Positions 55,245-64,000 of a DNA stretch of 64,000 nt are shown here, piece by piece. The stretch comes from Elusimicrobiota bacterium. Its GTDB lineage: Bacteria; RUG730; JBDRED01. The DNA is taken from positions 20,442 through 84,441 of the forward strand of contig JBDRED010000005.1 of assembly GCA_043820025.1 (NCBI GenBank). The letters run 5' to 3'. Each line of letters starts with the position of its first letter. The stretch's first letter is position 1. The translations under genes were made by a program, and so were the position numbers. Below the pieces are notes generated by a model that was not told the DNA's origin, searched no databases, and worked only from the letters and a program-made list of their open reading frames with translations.

Positions 55245-56483
55245 ATGTCAAAAAACAAAATATATATTATTGATGTTACAAACAGGGATGGCGTACAGAC
55301 CGCATGTTTAGGATTGGCAAAGCTTGAAAAAACACTTGTTAATAAATACTTGGCTGAGATGGGAGTTTTTCAGTCAGAATTTGGTTTCCCGTTGACAAAG
55401 CATGAGACTAATTATTTGAGGGCGAATCTTGAGCTGGGGAAAAAAGGATTTTTTAAGGGTATGAGGCTTAGCGGCTGGATAAGGGCTATAGAGTCAGATG
55501 TTGTTGCGGCTAAACTGCTGGTGCCTGAATTAAAATATATAAATCTTTCGATATCAACTTCTGATCAGATGATTACGCATAAATTTAAGGGTAAAATTGA
55601 TAGAAGTATGGTTATTTCTCAGATGCAGAAAGCTGTTAAAAAATCTAGAGAATTAGGAATAAAAGGCATAGGGGTTAATGCTGAAGACGCGTCACGCAGT
55701 GATTTGGATTACTTAGTGGAATTTGTCAAAGCCGCAAAGGATGCCGGCGCTGACAGGTTTAGGTATTGTGACACACTGGGTTATGACAGTCCTTTCTCTA
55801 TTTATGCTCGTATAAAATATATTCTTGATAGAGTAAGTATTCCGGTTGAACTGCATTGCCATAATGATTTAGGCATGGTAGTTGCTACCAGTATATGCGG
55901 CGCTCAAGCCGCTTTGGATTCAGGAGTAGACGCGTACATTAATACGACTATAAATGGAATGGGAGAGCGCGCCGGTAATGCTGATCTTGTGTCTGTTATT
56001 CTTGCTGTGTTAAAATCAAGCGGTTTCTCGGAACAATACCAGTTAGACAAAAAAATTAATCTTAAAAAAGCGTGGAAGATAGCAAAGTACGCTTCTTACG
56101 CGTTTGGAGTTCCGATTCCGATTAATCAGCCGGGCGTTGGCGCAAACGCATTTGCGCATGAATCAGGTATACATGCTGATGGGGCGTTAAAGGATCGTAG
56201 AAATTATGAGTTATACGACTATGAAGAGCTTGGACGCGGAGACGCGGAGATTATTGAAACCGGGCGTATGATAACCACTGGCGAGTATGGCGGTATAAAG
56301 GGCTTTAGAAATGTATATGGTAAGATGGAAATTAAGTTTAAAGATGAAGAGGAAGCTAATGAAATATTAGACCTCGTTAGATACGCGAATGTCCATACTC
56401 AAAAACCATTAGTTGAAGATGAGCTCAAGTTTATAGCAAAGTATCCAAAACAAGCGCGTAAAATACTTACAGTTGCGCCATAA
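55245..56483 (+). CDS. HMGL-like family synthase (homocitrate / isopropylmalate / citramalate / Re-citrate synthase family, short form)
   Basis: DVTNRDGVQT (a variant of DTTLRDGEQ), HCHNDLGM and HESGIH motifs. About 412 aa, without the LeuA regulatory domain. Specificity not assignable. Confidence 0.75.
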   Translation: MSKNKIYIIDVTNRDGVQTACLGLAKLEKTLVNKYLAEMGVFQSEFGFPLTKHETNYLRANLELGKKGFFKGMRLSGWIRAIESDVVAAKLLVPELKYINLSISTSDQMITHKFKGKIDRSMVISQMQKAVKKSRELGIKGIGVNAEDASRSDLDYLVEFVKAAKDAGADRFRYCDTLGYDSPFSIYARIKYILDRVSIPVELHCHNDLGMVVATSICGAQAALDSGVDAYINTTINGMGERAGNADLVSVILAVLKSSGFSEQYQLDKKINLKKAWKIAKYASYAFGVPIPINQPGVGANAFAHESGIHADGALKDRRNYELYDYEELGRGDAEIIETGRMITTGEYGGIKGFRNVYGKMEIKFKDEEEANEILDLVRYANVHTQKPLVEDELKFIAKYPKQARKILTVAP

Positions 56484-56525
56484 TCGTAAAGCGTTGCGCG
56501 CAGATCGTAAATAATATTAATACAA

Positions 56526-56560
56526 GGGACAGCCCCTCAAAGCGGGACTGTCCCTTTTTT
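56526..56560 (+). terminator. Rho-independent terminator
   Basis: gggacagccc...gggactgtccc stem followed by tttttt. Confidence 0.75.
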
Positions 56561-56570
56561 CAGTTTTTTG

Positions 56571-56588
56571 ATTCTGTATTCTGAATTC
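56571..56588. repeat. Family D heptamer units in inverted orientation
   Basis: attctgtattctgaattc is the reverse complement of gaattcagaatacagaat. It shares the 14-mer tcagaatacagaat with 18015-18028. Confidence 0.65.
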
Positions 56589-56609
56589 AATTTTGCATAT
56601 TTTCCATGC

Positions 56610-56637
56610 TTGACTTGCAGGAATAGAGTTGTATAAT
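56610..56637 (+). promoter_or_regulatory. Candidate greA promoter (TTGACT-16-TATAAT)
   Basis: Hexamers at 56610-56615 and 56632-56637. Confidence 0.45.
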
Positions 56638-56674
56638 AATACATAAAACGCATACATTTTAGGGGGAAAAGAAA

Positions 56675-57145
56675 ATGTCAGATAAGGTGTATTTAACTCA
56701 TGAAGGATATAAAAAATTAAAAGATGAATTAGACCATCTTAAGAAAGTTGAGCGGAGGCAAATCGCTCAGCAAATAAAGGAAGCGCGCGAACAAGGAGAC
56801 CTTTCGGAAAACGCTGAGTATGACGCGGCAAAGGAGAAACAGGCGAGAAATGAGTATAGAATTCACATGCTCCAGGAAAAATTAAGCTTGGTGGAAATTA
56901 TTAAAATTGGCAAAGGCGATTCTAAAGAAGTTGTTGTTGGGTCAAGTGTTGAGTTGGAGAATCTGAATGATAAAACAAAACTAACATATACCCTGGTTGA
57001 CGCTTCTGAAGCTGATTTTGGTTCAGGAAAAATTTCTATAAGTTCGCCGGTAGCGCAGGGGTTGCTTGGCCACAAACAAGGAGAAGAGGTGGAGATTGTT
57101 ATTCCAGCAGGAATTCTCAAATTTAAGATAATCTCTATCTTCTAA
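56675..57145 (+). CDS. greA: Transcription elongation factor GreA
   Basis: LT.EGY.KL..EL..L...R......I..AR..GDLSENAEYDAAKE pattern. 156 aa. Confidence 0.93.
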   Translation: MSDKVYLTHEGYKKLKDELDHLKKVERRQIAQQIKEAREQGDLSENAEYDAAKEKQARNEYRIHMLQEKLSLVEIIKIGKGDSKEVVVGSSVELENLNDKTKLTYTLVDASEADFGSGKISISSPVAQGLLGHKQGEEVEIVIPAGILKFKIISIF

Positions 57146-57158
57146 GGAGGAATAGAAT

Positions 57159-57680
57159 ATGATACATTTTAAACATGTATTATTCGCTATGCTGGTAAGT
57201 ATTTTTTTATTTGGATGTTCTAAGTCGCCAATCAAGGACGAGCTGGATGTCGTAAATGATATAAAAGACTCGGGTAATCTTTCAGAACCATCAATTCGCG
57301 ATACAGATTTTGATGCGACAAATAGTCTTAACACTATATATTTTGAGTATGACCAGGCAAGTCTGTCTGACTCTGCGAGAAATATTTTGGGAAATAATGC
57401 GGATTGGTTAAAGGAAAATAATAAGGGCGTGGTTTTAGTTGAAGGCCACACGGATGAGAGAGGCACTACGGAGTATAACCTCGCTCTTGGACAAAAACGC
57501 GCTACTGCGGTAAGAAATTATTTGATATACCTGGGTATTGAGGCTGACCGCATAGCTACTATTAGTTATGGCGAAGAAAAACCGGCGCTTAGCGGTTTTG
57601 GCGAGAGTGTGTGGGTAAAGAACAGAAGAGTTGAATTTGTTTGTTCAAGGATTGCTAATCAAGAGGTAATAAAGAAATAA
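57159..57680 (+). CDS. pal: Peptidoglycan-associated lipoprotein (OmpA-like domain)
   Basis: Lipobox LFGC. IYFEYDQASL...VLVEGHTDERGTTEYNLALGQKRA...NRRVEF. Confidence 0.85.
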   Translation: MIHFKHVLFAMLVSIFLFGCSKSPIKDELDVVNDIKDSGNLSEPSIRDTDFDATNSLNTIYFEYDQASLSDSARNILGNNADWLKENNKGVVLVEGHTDERGTTEYNLALGQKRATAVRNYLIYLGIEADRIATISYGEEKPALSGFGESVWVKNRRVEFVCSRIANQEVIKK

Positions 57681-58411
57681 TGAGAAAAATTAAATATTTA
57701 TTATTTTTAATTTTTGTGTCAATGTTTCTGTCAGGCTGTTTTGCTACAAGACAGGACGCTATTAATATCAGGCTTGAATTAAGATCTCTGCATCAAGAAC
57801 TGGCGCAGATCAAGAAAAACCAGGCAGATATGATAACAGATATTGAACAGCAGACTACATATCTTATGCAGATTGGCGGAAAGGTTGACGAGAGTAATGA
57901 CAGCGTTAATAACCAGTTCAATAAAATATCATTTAAGCAGGATACTTTGAAGGAACTGACTCAGCGTTTGCAGGGTGTTGAAGACAGGCTTTATAAACTT
58001 TGGGTATCGACTATGCCGTTAAGAAGCGCGTTGCCGGAGGAGATTTATGAGACTGCGAGGGAAGATTTTGATAAAGGCAGATATGATGTAGCAGAGTCTG
58101 GTTTTAAAAAGTTTCTGCAGGATTATCCTAATACGGAATTCGCTGTTTATGCGCAATATGGCCTTGCGGACTCATTATATATGCAGGAAAAATGGCAGGA
58201 TGCTATTCAGAAATACGATATTTTCTTAAATCTTTATTCAACTAATGAGTTAGCGCCAAGAGCATTGTTGAAAAAGGCGATATGCTTAAAAGCGCTGGGC
58301 GAACATATATATGCGAAAAAGGTTCTGGAATTAATAATAAATAAATTTCCTGACACTGAAGACGCAAAATATGCTAAGGAAGAGATGGATACGGTTGTTT
58401 TAAATGATTAG
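57680..58411 (+). CDS. Tol-Pal system protein CpoB/YbgF-like (coiled coil + TPR)
   Basis: Signal/lipobox-like LSGC, an N-terminal coiled coil, and C-terminal TPRs (YPNTEFAVYAQYGLADSLY..., ...ALLKKAICL). Lies immediately after pal with a 1-nt overlap. Confidence 0.7.
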   Translation: MRKIKYLLFLIFVSMFLSGCFATRQDAINIRLELRSLHQELAQIKKNQADMITDIEQQTTYLMQIGGKVDESNDSVNNQFNKISFKQDTLKELTQRLQGVEDRLYKLWVSTMPLRSALPEEIYETAREDFDKGRYDVAESGFKKFLQDYPNTEFAVYAQYGLADSLYMQEKWQDAIQKYDIFLNLYSTNELAPRALLKKAICLKALGEHIYAKKVLELIINKFPDTEDAKYAKEEMDTVVLND

Positions 58412-59108
58412 GAAAGATTTTATATATTTTGATTTTAAATACTCGTTTGCGGCCTCTGTTTTGATCCATTTTTTAGGCTTGATTATCGCCGTTTTTGTTA
58501 TTGTGTCGCCGCATAAAAAGATTTATGTCAGTATTCCAATCGAGATGATTCACCTCGAGCCTGCGCAAGAAGAGAAGGAAGAGGTGATTGTTAAGGAAGA
58601 TGTAGTTGTTAAGGAACAGCCAAAGATTAAAGAGATAGTTAAGAAAAATGAAGATGCAATATCTGTAAAGAACGAAGAAAAACCTAAAGAAAATATTGCG
58701 CCTCAAAAAAGGTATATTGAAAATAAACTTCCTGAAATTAAAAAAACTGAAACATCTGTCAGGCAGAGAGTCCGGAATTTAAATAAGGTAAATAATAAGA
58801 CGGTATTTACGCCGACTGTAGCAGGAGATTTTCCTTATACATATTATCTGCGCCTGATTCAGTCGAAGATAAGTTCTAATTGGGATATAGGATCTACGCA
58901 AACCGAGGATAAAAAGGTCATAATTTTTTTTAAGATATTGCGGGATGGCTCTATTGAAGATACGCGCTTTAGTGAGAGGTCAGGGGATGAGCAGTTTGAT
59001 TATACGGCAATGCGCGCAGTGCAGTTAGGAGCTCCTTTCCCTCCATTGCCGCAAGAGTATTCAGAAAGTTATTTGGGGGTGTATTTTGGATTTGATTTTA
59101 AGAACTAA
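58404..59108 (+). CDS. TolA/TonB-family energy-transducer protein (N-terminal TM, charged linker, TonB_C-like domain)
   Basis: TM helix, a KE-rich linker, and the C-terminus YYLRLIQSKISSNW...FKILRDGSI...SGDEQFDYTAMRAV....PFPPLP. I call it TolA-like from the Tol-Pal context. Confidence 0.6.
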   Translation: MIRKDFIYFDFKYSFAASVLIHFLGLIIAVFVIVSPHKKIYVSIPIEMIHLEPAQEEKEEVIVKEDVVVKEQPKIKEIVKKNEDAISVKNEEKPKENIAPQKRYIENKLPEIKKTETSVRQRVRNLNKVNNKTVFTPTVAGDFPYTYYLRLIQSKISSNWDIGSTQTEDKKVIIFFKILRDGSIEDTRFSERSGDEQFDYTAMRAVQLGAPFPPLPQEYSESYLGVYFGFDFKN

Positions 59109-60387
59109 AAAGTGGTTTCTCTTAATTCTTACTCTAACTTTTTGTATACAGTTTGTTAATGGAACGGATGTGTATCTTAATATAACAAAAAAGGGAGGGA
59201 GAAGGCTTTTTATATGGATACCTGAATTTACTTTAATAAATCAGAAACAGAATTTTTCAAAAGAGAAGGTTAAGGGATATCAAGAACTGTTAAAAAAGGA
59301 TGTGCGCGGAACAGGCCTTTTTCGAGTAGAAGAAGCGCAGGTTTTAACTAAACTTGAAACAGGCGTTGATTATAAAACATGGGCGAAAAATAATTTGGAT
59401 TTTGTGCTTGTCTGCGAAGTTAACTCGATCAATAAGGCCGGTTTTACAGCTATGCTTTATGATGTTGTCAGCAAGAAACAGGTTTTTGAAAAGGAATGGC
59501 CGGTAGAAAATGACAATTGGGATAGAACTATGCATAAAGTTGCCGATTATCTGGTCTTTATTTTTACCGGTACACCCGGGCTTTACACAACCAGAATAGC
59601 GTATACGTCAAACGCTACAGGCAATAAAGAGATATGGATGGTTGATTATGACGGAGAGAATGCTGTTAGTCTAACTAATCACCGCTCTATAAGTATACTT
59701 CCAAGGTGGAGTCCCGGCGGAAAAGAGATAATTTATACTTGTTATAAACATAATAATCCGGATTTGTTTCACTATAGCTTGAATAACAAGATGCATACAG
59801 TCTTATCCGCAGAACAGGGTTTGAACAGTCCTGCTGTTTATTCTCCGGATGGAGAATATATCGCGTTGACGCGCACAATTGATGGTGATCCGGAGATATG
59901 TATTATTGATAAGACAGGGAAGTTTGTCAGACGTTTAACAAGGGCTAGAGGCATAGATACCTCGCCTTCATGGTCTGCAAATGGCAAGGAACTTGCGTTT
60001 GTTTCTGAAAGGACCGGGGTTACGCAGATATACAGCATTGATAGTAATGGAGGAATAGCAAAGCCTTTAACATCAGATAATACTTTTAAGGATTCTCCTC
60101 AATGGTCGCCTATGGGTGATAAAATTGTATTTGCGTCACGAAAGGATATTAAATGGGATATATTTGTAATTGATATTTTAACAAAAAATATTTATCAGCT
60201 TACATCGAGCGATGGAAATAATGAAAATCCATGCTGGTCGCCGGATGGCAATAAGCTGTGTTTTACATCTACGAGATTTGGCAATAAAGAACTGTTTATT
60301 ATGGACGCTGATGGTTCAAATCAAAGAAAGATTGCCAATTTAAAGGGCAGTGTTTTTACTCCGAGCTGGTCAGCATCTGAGGAATAA
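59086..60387 (+). CDS. tolB: Tol-Pal system beta-propeller protein TolB
   Basis: N-terminal alpha/beta domain, then repeated WSP(D/G)G.K(I/L).F(T/V)S propeller blades (WSPGGKEIIYT, YSPDGEYIAL, WSANGKELAFVS, WSPMGDKIVFAS, WSPDGNKLCFTS). TTG start. Confidence 0.85.
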   Translation: MDLILRTKKWFLLILTLTFCIQFVNGTDVYLNITKKGGRRLFIWIPEFTLINQKQNFSKEKVKGYQELLKKDVRGTGLFRVEEAQVLTKLETGVDYKTWAKNNLDFVLVCEVNSINKAGFTAMLYDVVSKKQVFEKEWPVENDNWDRTMHKVADYLVFIFTGTPGLYTTRIAYTSNATGNKEIWMVDYDGENAVSLTNHRSISILPRWSPGGKEIIYTCYKHNNPDLFHYSLNNKMHTVLSAEQGLNSPAVYSPDGEYIALTRTIDGDPEICIIDKTGKFVRRLTRARGIDTSPSWSANGKELAFVSERTGVTQIYSIDSNGGIAKPLTSDNTFKDSPQWSPMGDKIVFASRKDIKWDIFVIDILTKNIYQLTSSDGNNENPCWSPDGNKLCFTSTRFGNKELFIMDADGSNQRKIANLKGSVFTPSWSASEE

Positions 60388-60439
60388 TAATACGGAATTT
60401 CATTAAAAATTTCTATAGAGAAATTTTTTGGGGGGGGGA

Positions 60440-61057
60440 ATGAATGTGACAATTTTTGAATATTTTGTAAAGGGCGGTATTATGATGTATCCGCTTTTTT
60501 TATGTTCAATACTATCTTTAACTGTGATTATAAATAAAATTATTTTATTTGTTTCAATTAGAGATAATAATATTAAATTTGCTCACAGCATAGTTAAATT
60601 AGCCGGAGAAAAGAAATTTGATGACGCGATTGTTGTGTCAAAAACAAAGAACACTCCATTAGGCGATTTTCTATCTGCCGGCCTAGAGGCTGTTCCAAAA
60701 GGAAGAGAATCTGTTGAGGAAGCGTTTGAAGAACAATCGTTGGTTGTGTTAAATCAGCTGGAGAAATATTTGCCGATTCTTTCAGTTGTGGCAGGCGTTG
60801 CCACACTCACAGGTTTTTCAGGCACAGTTATTGGAATGATACGCGCTTTCAACGCGATTGCGGCAAATGGCGTTTCATCGCCAACAATAGTCGCTACCGG
60901 AATAGCTGAGGCATTGATCACAACCGCCACAGGGCTTATGATTGCTATACCTACGCTTGTGGGCTTTCACTATTTTAATTACAGGGTAAATAATTATATT
61001 ACGTTTATGGAAATGACTTCGATTGATTTTATTAAGGGTGTGTTTTATAAAAAATGA
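60440..61057 (+). CDS. tolQ: MotA/TolQ/ExbB proton-channel protein
   Basis: Three TM helices and the GTVIGMIRAF...IAEALITTATGLMIAIP signature. Confidence 0.82.
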   Translation: MNVTIFEYFVKGGIMMYPLFLCSILSLTVIINKIILFVSIRDNNIKFAHSIVKLAGEKKFDDAIVVSKTKNTPLGDFLSAGLEAVPKGRESVEEAFEEQSLVVLNQLEKYLPILSVVAGVATLTGFSGTVIGMIRAFNAIAANGVSSPTIVATGIAEALITTATGLMIAIPTLVGFHYFNYRVNNYITFMEMTSIDFIKGVFYKK

Positions 61058-61491
61058 ATATTGATAGACGATTAAAAAGAGTAAGGTCAAGGCTAAATAG
61101 AAATATATTACAGCTAGATTCTACTCCTATGACTGATGTGGTTTTTTTGCTTTTAATATTTTTTATGTTGTCCTCATCATTTTTAGCTTTGCCCGGGATA
61201 AAGATCAATGTCCCAAAAGCAGTAACAACTGAGACGGATATTGAAAATAAGGTTATAATAAGTATTGATAAAAATCAAAAAATCTACATTAATGATAAAG
61301 AAGTGAATATAAATAAACTTTTAACAGAACTTCCTTCTTACACAAGAGAAAATCAGAATAATTCAGTAATAATAAAAGCTGATAAGAGCATTGAATATGG
61401 TGTGGTTGTTGATGTGATAGATATTGTTAAACAGAGCGGCGTAAAAAAAATAGCTATAGCGACAATACCTAAAAGCAGGGCCCGTGTTTGA
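61054..61491 (+). CDS. tolR: ExbD/TolR biopolymer transport protein
   Basis: PMTDVVFLLLIFFM with the conserved Asp in the TM, then a periplasmic domain (VIIKADKSIEYGVVVDVID). Confidence 0.8.
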   Translation: MNIDRRLKRVRSRLNRNILQLDSTPMTDVVFLLLIFFMLSSSFLALPGIKINVPKAVTTETDIENKVIISIDKNQKIYINDKEVNINKLLTELPSYTRENQNNSVIIKADKSIEYGVVVDVIDIVKQSGVKKIAIATIPKSRARV

Positions 61492-61529
61492 CCGTTTTAA
61501 GATATCGAATCAAGATTGCAGGAGTAGTA

Positions 61530-62204
61530 ATGCCAATACCCTATCTTAGAAAGATTCCATTGTTCAGTAATCTTGGCCGAAAAGATTTTGAGCTTGTGAA
61601 ATCTATAGCAAAATCGCAAAATTACAGGAAAGGAGAACGCATACTTTCCGAGGGAGATAAAGGCGACGCTTTATTTATAGTGTTAAAAGGACTGGTTAAG
61701 ATCAATAAGAAAGCGTATGGAAAGATCAAAACATTAGCAATACTAAAAAAAGGCGATTTTTTTGGAGAGATGTCTCTTATTGATAAAGAGGCGAGGTCAG
61801 CTTCAGCTTATGCTATGCAGGACGTAGAGCTTTTGCTTATTACGCGCTCAAGCTTTACAAAAACGCTTAAAAATAATTCGGCATTGACCGGCAGGATAAT
61901 TGAAACGCTTTGCGAACGATTGCGAAGGGCAAATGAAGAAATTGAAATTCTGTCGTTTCAAAATATTGTGGGCAGGATGGCTACCACTATCTTGTATTTA
62001 GCTGAGAAATATGGCAGAAAGCAGGGCAGTTCTATAAAAATAAATCTGAAATTAACAAAAAAGGATCTTGCTGAGATGGTTGGAACAGCGCGGGAAGTTG
62101 TAAGCAGAGTCGCGCGTAATCTTATTCATATCGGATGCATTGATATGAAGTCGAATTATATTATTATTAAAGATAAAGAAAAACTAGAAAGCTTTATACA
62201 ATAG
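61530..62204 (+). CDS. Crp/Fnr-family transcriptional regulator (cNMP-binding domain + HTH)
   Basis: The cNMP-binding fold has FGEMSLIDKEARSASA. C-terminal HTH TKKDLAEMVGTAREVVSRVARNL. Start at ATG 61530. Confidence 0.85.
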   Translation: MPIPYLRKIPLFSNLGRKDFELVKSIAKSQNYRKGERILSEGDKGDALFIVLKGLVKINKKAYGKIKTLAILKKGDFFGEMSLIDKEARSASAYAMQDVELLLITRSSFTKTLKNNSALTGRIIETLCERLRRANEEIEILSFQNIVGRMATTILYLAEKYGRKQGSSIKINLKLTKKDLAEMVGTAREVVSRVARNLIHIGCIDMKSNYIIIKDKEKLESFIQ

Positions 62205-62272
62205 ATGTATAGAATTGAGAATAGAGCATTAATTTTCTATTCCCGGCGCCCAATTCTATAAAAGAGGTGGAT

Positions 62273-63526
62273 ATGAAATTTCAGGCTGTGCGCGGAACGC
62301 GCGATATTTTTAACGAGGAAGCAAAGATATTTTTATATATTGAAACTACTGCGCAGGAACTTTTTCTTAAGAATGGATATAAGGAGCTGAGGACTCCAAT
62401 ATTTGAGCAAAATGAGCTATTTACAAGAACTCTTGGAGATACGGCTGATATAGTTACAAAGGAAATGTATGTTTTTAAAGACAGGGGAGACAGGCTTTTA
62501 GCGTTAAGGCCCGAAGGCACAGCGCCTGTTGTGCGCGCCGCTATAGAACACAGCATACTGCAGGGCGGCGGAGCAAAAAAAATATTTTATGCAGGGCCTA
62601 TGTTTAGGTATGAACGTCCTCAAAAAGGCCGCTATCGCCAGTTTTATCAGATTGGCGCTGAGGTGTTTGGAGTGGATGATCCTCTCGTAGACGCTGATGT
62701 TACTGCGCTTGCTGTAGGAATTTTAAAAAAAACAGGAGTTAAAGATTTTAAACTGCATATTAATAGTGTCGGCTGCGAAGCCTGCAGGCCAAAATTTACC
62801 GAGCAGTTAGAAATTTATTTAAGAGATAAAAAGGAAAAATTGTGCGCAACATGTCAGGAACGATTGGATAAAAATATTCTGCGTATATTTGATTGTAAAA
62901 TCGACGCATGCAAAAATATTTTAAATGAAGCTCCAAGAATAAGCAATAGTTTATGTGATGCGTGTGGAACGAAGTATAATGAATATAAACAGTACCTGAA
63001 TAAATTTAATGTGGCGTTTATTGAAAATGACGCGCTTGTCAGGGGATTGGATTATTATACAGGAATTGTTTTCGAGGTTAAGACAGATTTATTGGGAAGT
63101 CAGGACGCTATAGTAGCCGGTGGCAGGTATGATAATTTAGTTGAGGAGCTTGGCGGTCCAAAAACTCCGGCAGTCGGATTTGCTATAGGCGAAGAAAGAG
63201 TAGCCGAACTTTTAAAGAATACAGACGATGGTAAAGGATATGCGAAGAGTTTAATTTACTGCTTGTTTACTGACAAGGAAAAATTTCTTCTAAATATTGA
63301 TTTAATTAATGATATTAAGGAAAGAGATTTTATTGTTGAGTATGACTATACATTCCGAAGCCTAAAGGCGCAGATGAAGTACGCGAATAGTTTAGGAGCA
63401 AAGATTGTTTTAATTATTGGAGATAAAGAAATTCAGGAAAAAATGATAACTGTGAAATACATGGAATCGGGCGAGCAGGAAGAGGCGCCGCTCGATAATA
63501 TCCTTAACAGTTTACAAAGGAAATAA
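62273..63526 (+). CDS. hisS: Histidyl-tRNA synthetase
   Basis: AVRGTRD, LRPEGTAPVVRA, FRYERPQKGRYRQFYQ and GGGRYD-like (AGGRYDNL) motifs. Confidence 0.95.
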   Translation: MKFQAVRGTRDIFNEEAKIFLYIETTAQELFLKNGYKELRTPIFEQNELFTRTLGDTADIVTKEMYVFKDRGDRLLALRPEGTAPVVRAAIEHSILQGGGAKKIFYAGPMFRYERPQKGRYRQFYQIGAEVFGVDDPLVDADVTALAVGILKKTGVKDFKLHINSVGCEACRPKFTEQLEIYLRDKKEKLCATCQERLDKNILRIFDCKIDACKNILNEAPRISNSLCDACGTKYNEYKQYLNKFNVAFIENDALVRGLDYYTGIVFEVKTDLLGSQDAIVAGGRYDNLVEELGGPKTPAVGFAIGEERVAELLKNTDDGKGYAKSLIYCLFTDKEKFLLNIDLINDIKERDFIVEYDYTFRSLKAQMKYANSLGAKIVLIIGDKEIQEKMITVKYMESGEQEEAPLDNILNSLQRK

Positions 63527-63528
63527 AT

Positions 63529-64000
63529 ATGGAAATTAGAAATCAAGATTCTCTTAAAAGCCCAATCGGCGAGTTTTTAAGGAAATTTATTATTTATGCT
63601 CTGCCGTTGTTTTCATTTTTACTTGCTATCGCGTTTTATCTTAGGACGTATGATTCTTGTCAGGTAAAGATTTCATTAGTGCAGGTGGGCGTTCCGGTCT
63701 TATTTTCTTTGTGGCTTATAAGCAGGATAGAAAATAATAATCTTTTAGAATCTGTTAGAGGATATGAGAAAACTTTATTGCCGGTTTTGCTTTTTCTTAT
63801 TTCAGGCATAGTTTCATACATGATTTCTCCGTTTAAAGACACATCGTTAGAAGAACTTTTAAGAAGGCTCTTATATATTTTAACATTTACAATTATTATT
63901 TCTGAATTTACTAACAAGGATCAAATAGAGTTGTTTTTAAGATGGATTATACTTGCGGCCTTTGTGTCGTCATTATATGGAATAATTCAGTGGTTTGGCC
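63529..64000 (+). CDS. Polytopic membrane protein, possibly O-antigen ligase/polymerase-like; 3'-partial
   Basis: My own translation from ATG 63529 stays open to the window end (157 codons). It has several hydrophobic helices, and the N-terminal pattern (YDSCQVKISLVQV...) is reminiscent of Wzy_C/O-antigen ligase family proteins. The functional call is weak. Confidence 0.4.
   Translation, partial: MEIRNQDSLKSPIGEFLRKFIIYALPLFSFLLAIAFYLRTYDSCQVKISLVQVGVPVLFSLWLISRIENNNLLESVRGYEKTLLPVLLFLISGIVSYMISPFKDTSLEELLRRLLYILTFTIIISEFTNKDQIELFLRWIILAAFVSSLYGIIQWFG

Noticed and set aside
55245-56483. Calling the HMGL-family gene leuA, nifV or cimA specifically.
   Set aside because: The short form lacks the LeuA regulatory domain, and the variant substrate-binding motif DVTNRDGVQ does not let me assign specificity by eye. 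I kept it as a family-level call.
1-64000. Alternative genetic code (stop-codon reassignment), sometimes seen in uncultivated lineages.
   Set aside because: All conserved genes (pnp, ftsK, alaS, proS, metK and others) are full-length and uninterrupted under the standard code.

Overview
This 64-kb window comes from a low-GC diderm bacterium (about 40% GC in housekeeping samples I hand-counted). It is probably an uncultivated lineage, and I cannot assign a phylum from sequence alone. It holds about 60 protein genes, all but two on the + strand. I recognised no rRNA, tRNA, CRISPR array, transposase or integrase.

The backbone is housekeeping:
- rpsO-pnp
- ftsK-lolA-rodZ-rimO-pgsA-pgpA-xer
- rpsB-tsf-pyrH-frr, then a 55-aa ferredoxin missing from the ORF track, then uppS-cdsA-dxr-rseP-ispG-proS
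- an NDP-sugar pyrophosphorylase and metK
- uppP, a gldA-like gene, alaS, rplM-rpsI, an aminotransferase and an HMGL-family synthase
- greA followed by a permuted Tol-Pal cluster (pal-cpoB-tolA-tolB-tolQ-tolR), a Crp-family regulator and hisS

The accessory, cell-surface segment spans about 25.6-46.2 kb:
- a lipoprotein, a FadL/PorV-like outer-membrane barrel and an M6 metalloprotease with a FlgD-Ig/T9SS-like C-terminal domain (CTD)
- an AT-rich AbiEi/AbiEii cassette bracketed by 40-bp direct repeats that duplicate the 5' end of the next gene, a membrane-anchored SAM methyltransferase
- an 888-aa secreted phage tail-collar protein whose shaft part is extremely purine-rich
- a tightly packed ten-gene Tad-like operon: Fn3-CTD protein, barrel+TPR protein, minimal secretin, TadE, TadG, TadE, CpaB, a TadZ-CpaF fusion, TadB and TadC

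The Tad-like operon has no visible Flp pilin or prepilin peptidase. I consider it, together with the two CTD-cargo/barrel pairs, the best candidate for an undescribed system.

The intergenic space carries several families of palindromic or tandem repeat elements. Two of them overlap the stop codons of adjacent genes. There is also a cluster of four stem-loops at about 35.1-35.2 kb and an orphan terminator that may mark a small RNA.

All functional calls rest on motif recognition by eye. No database search was run.
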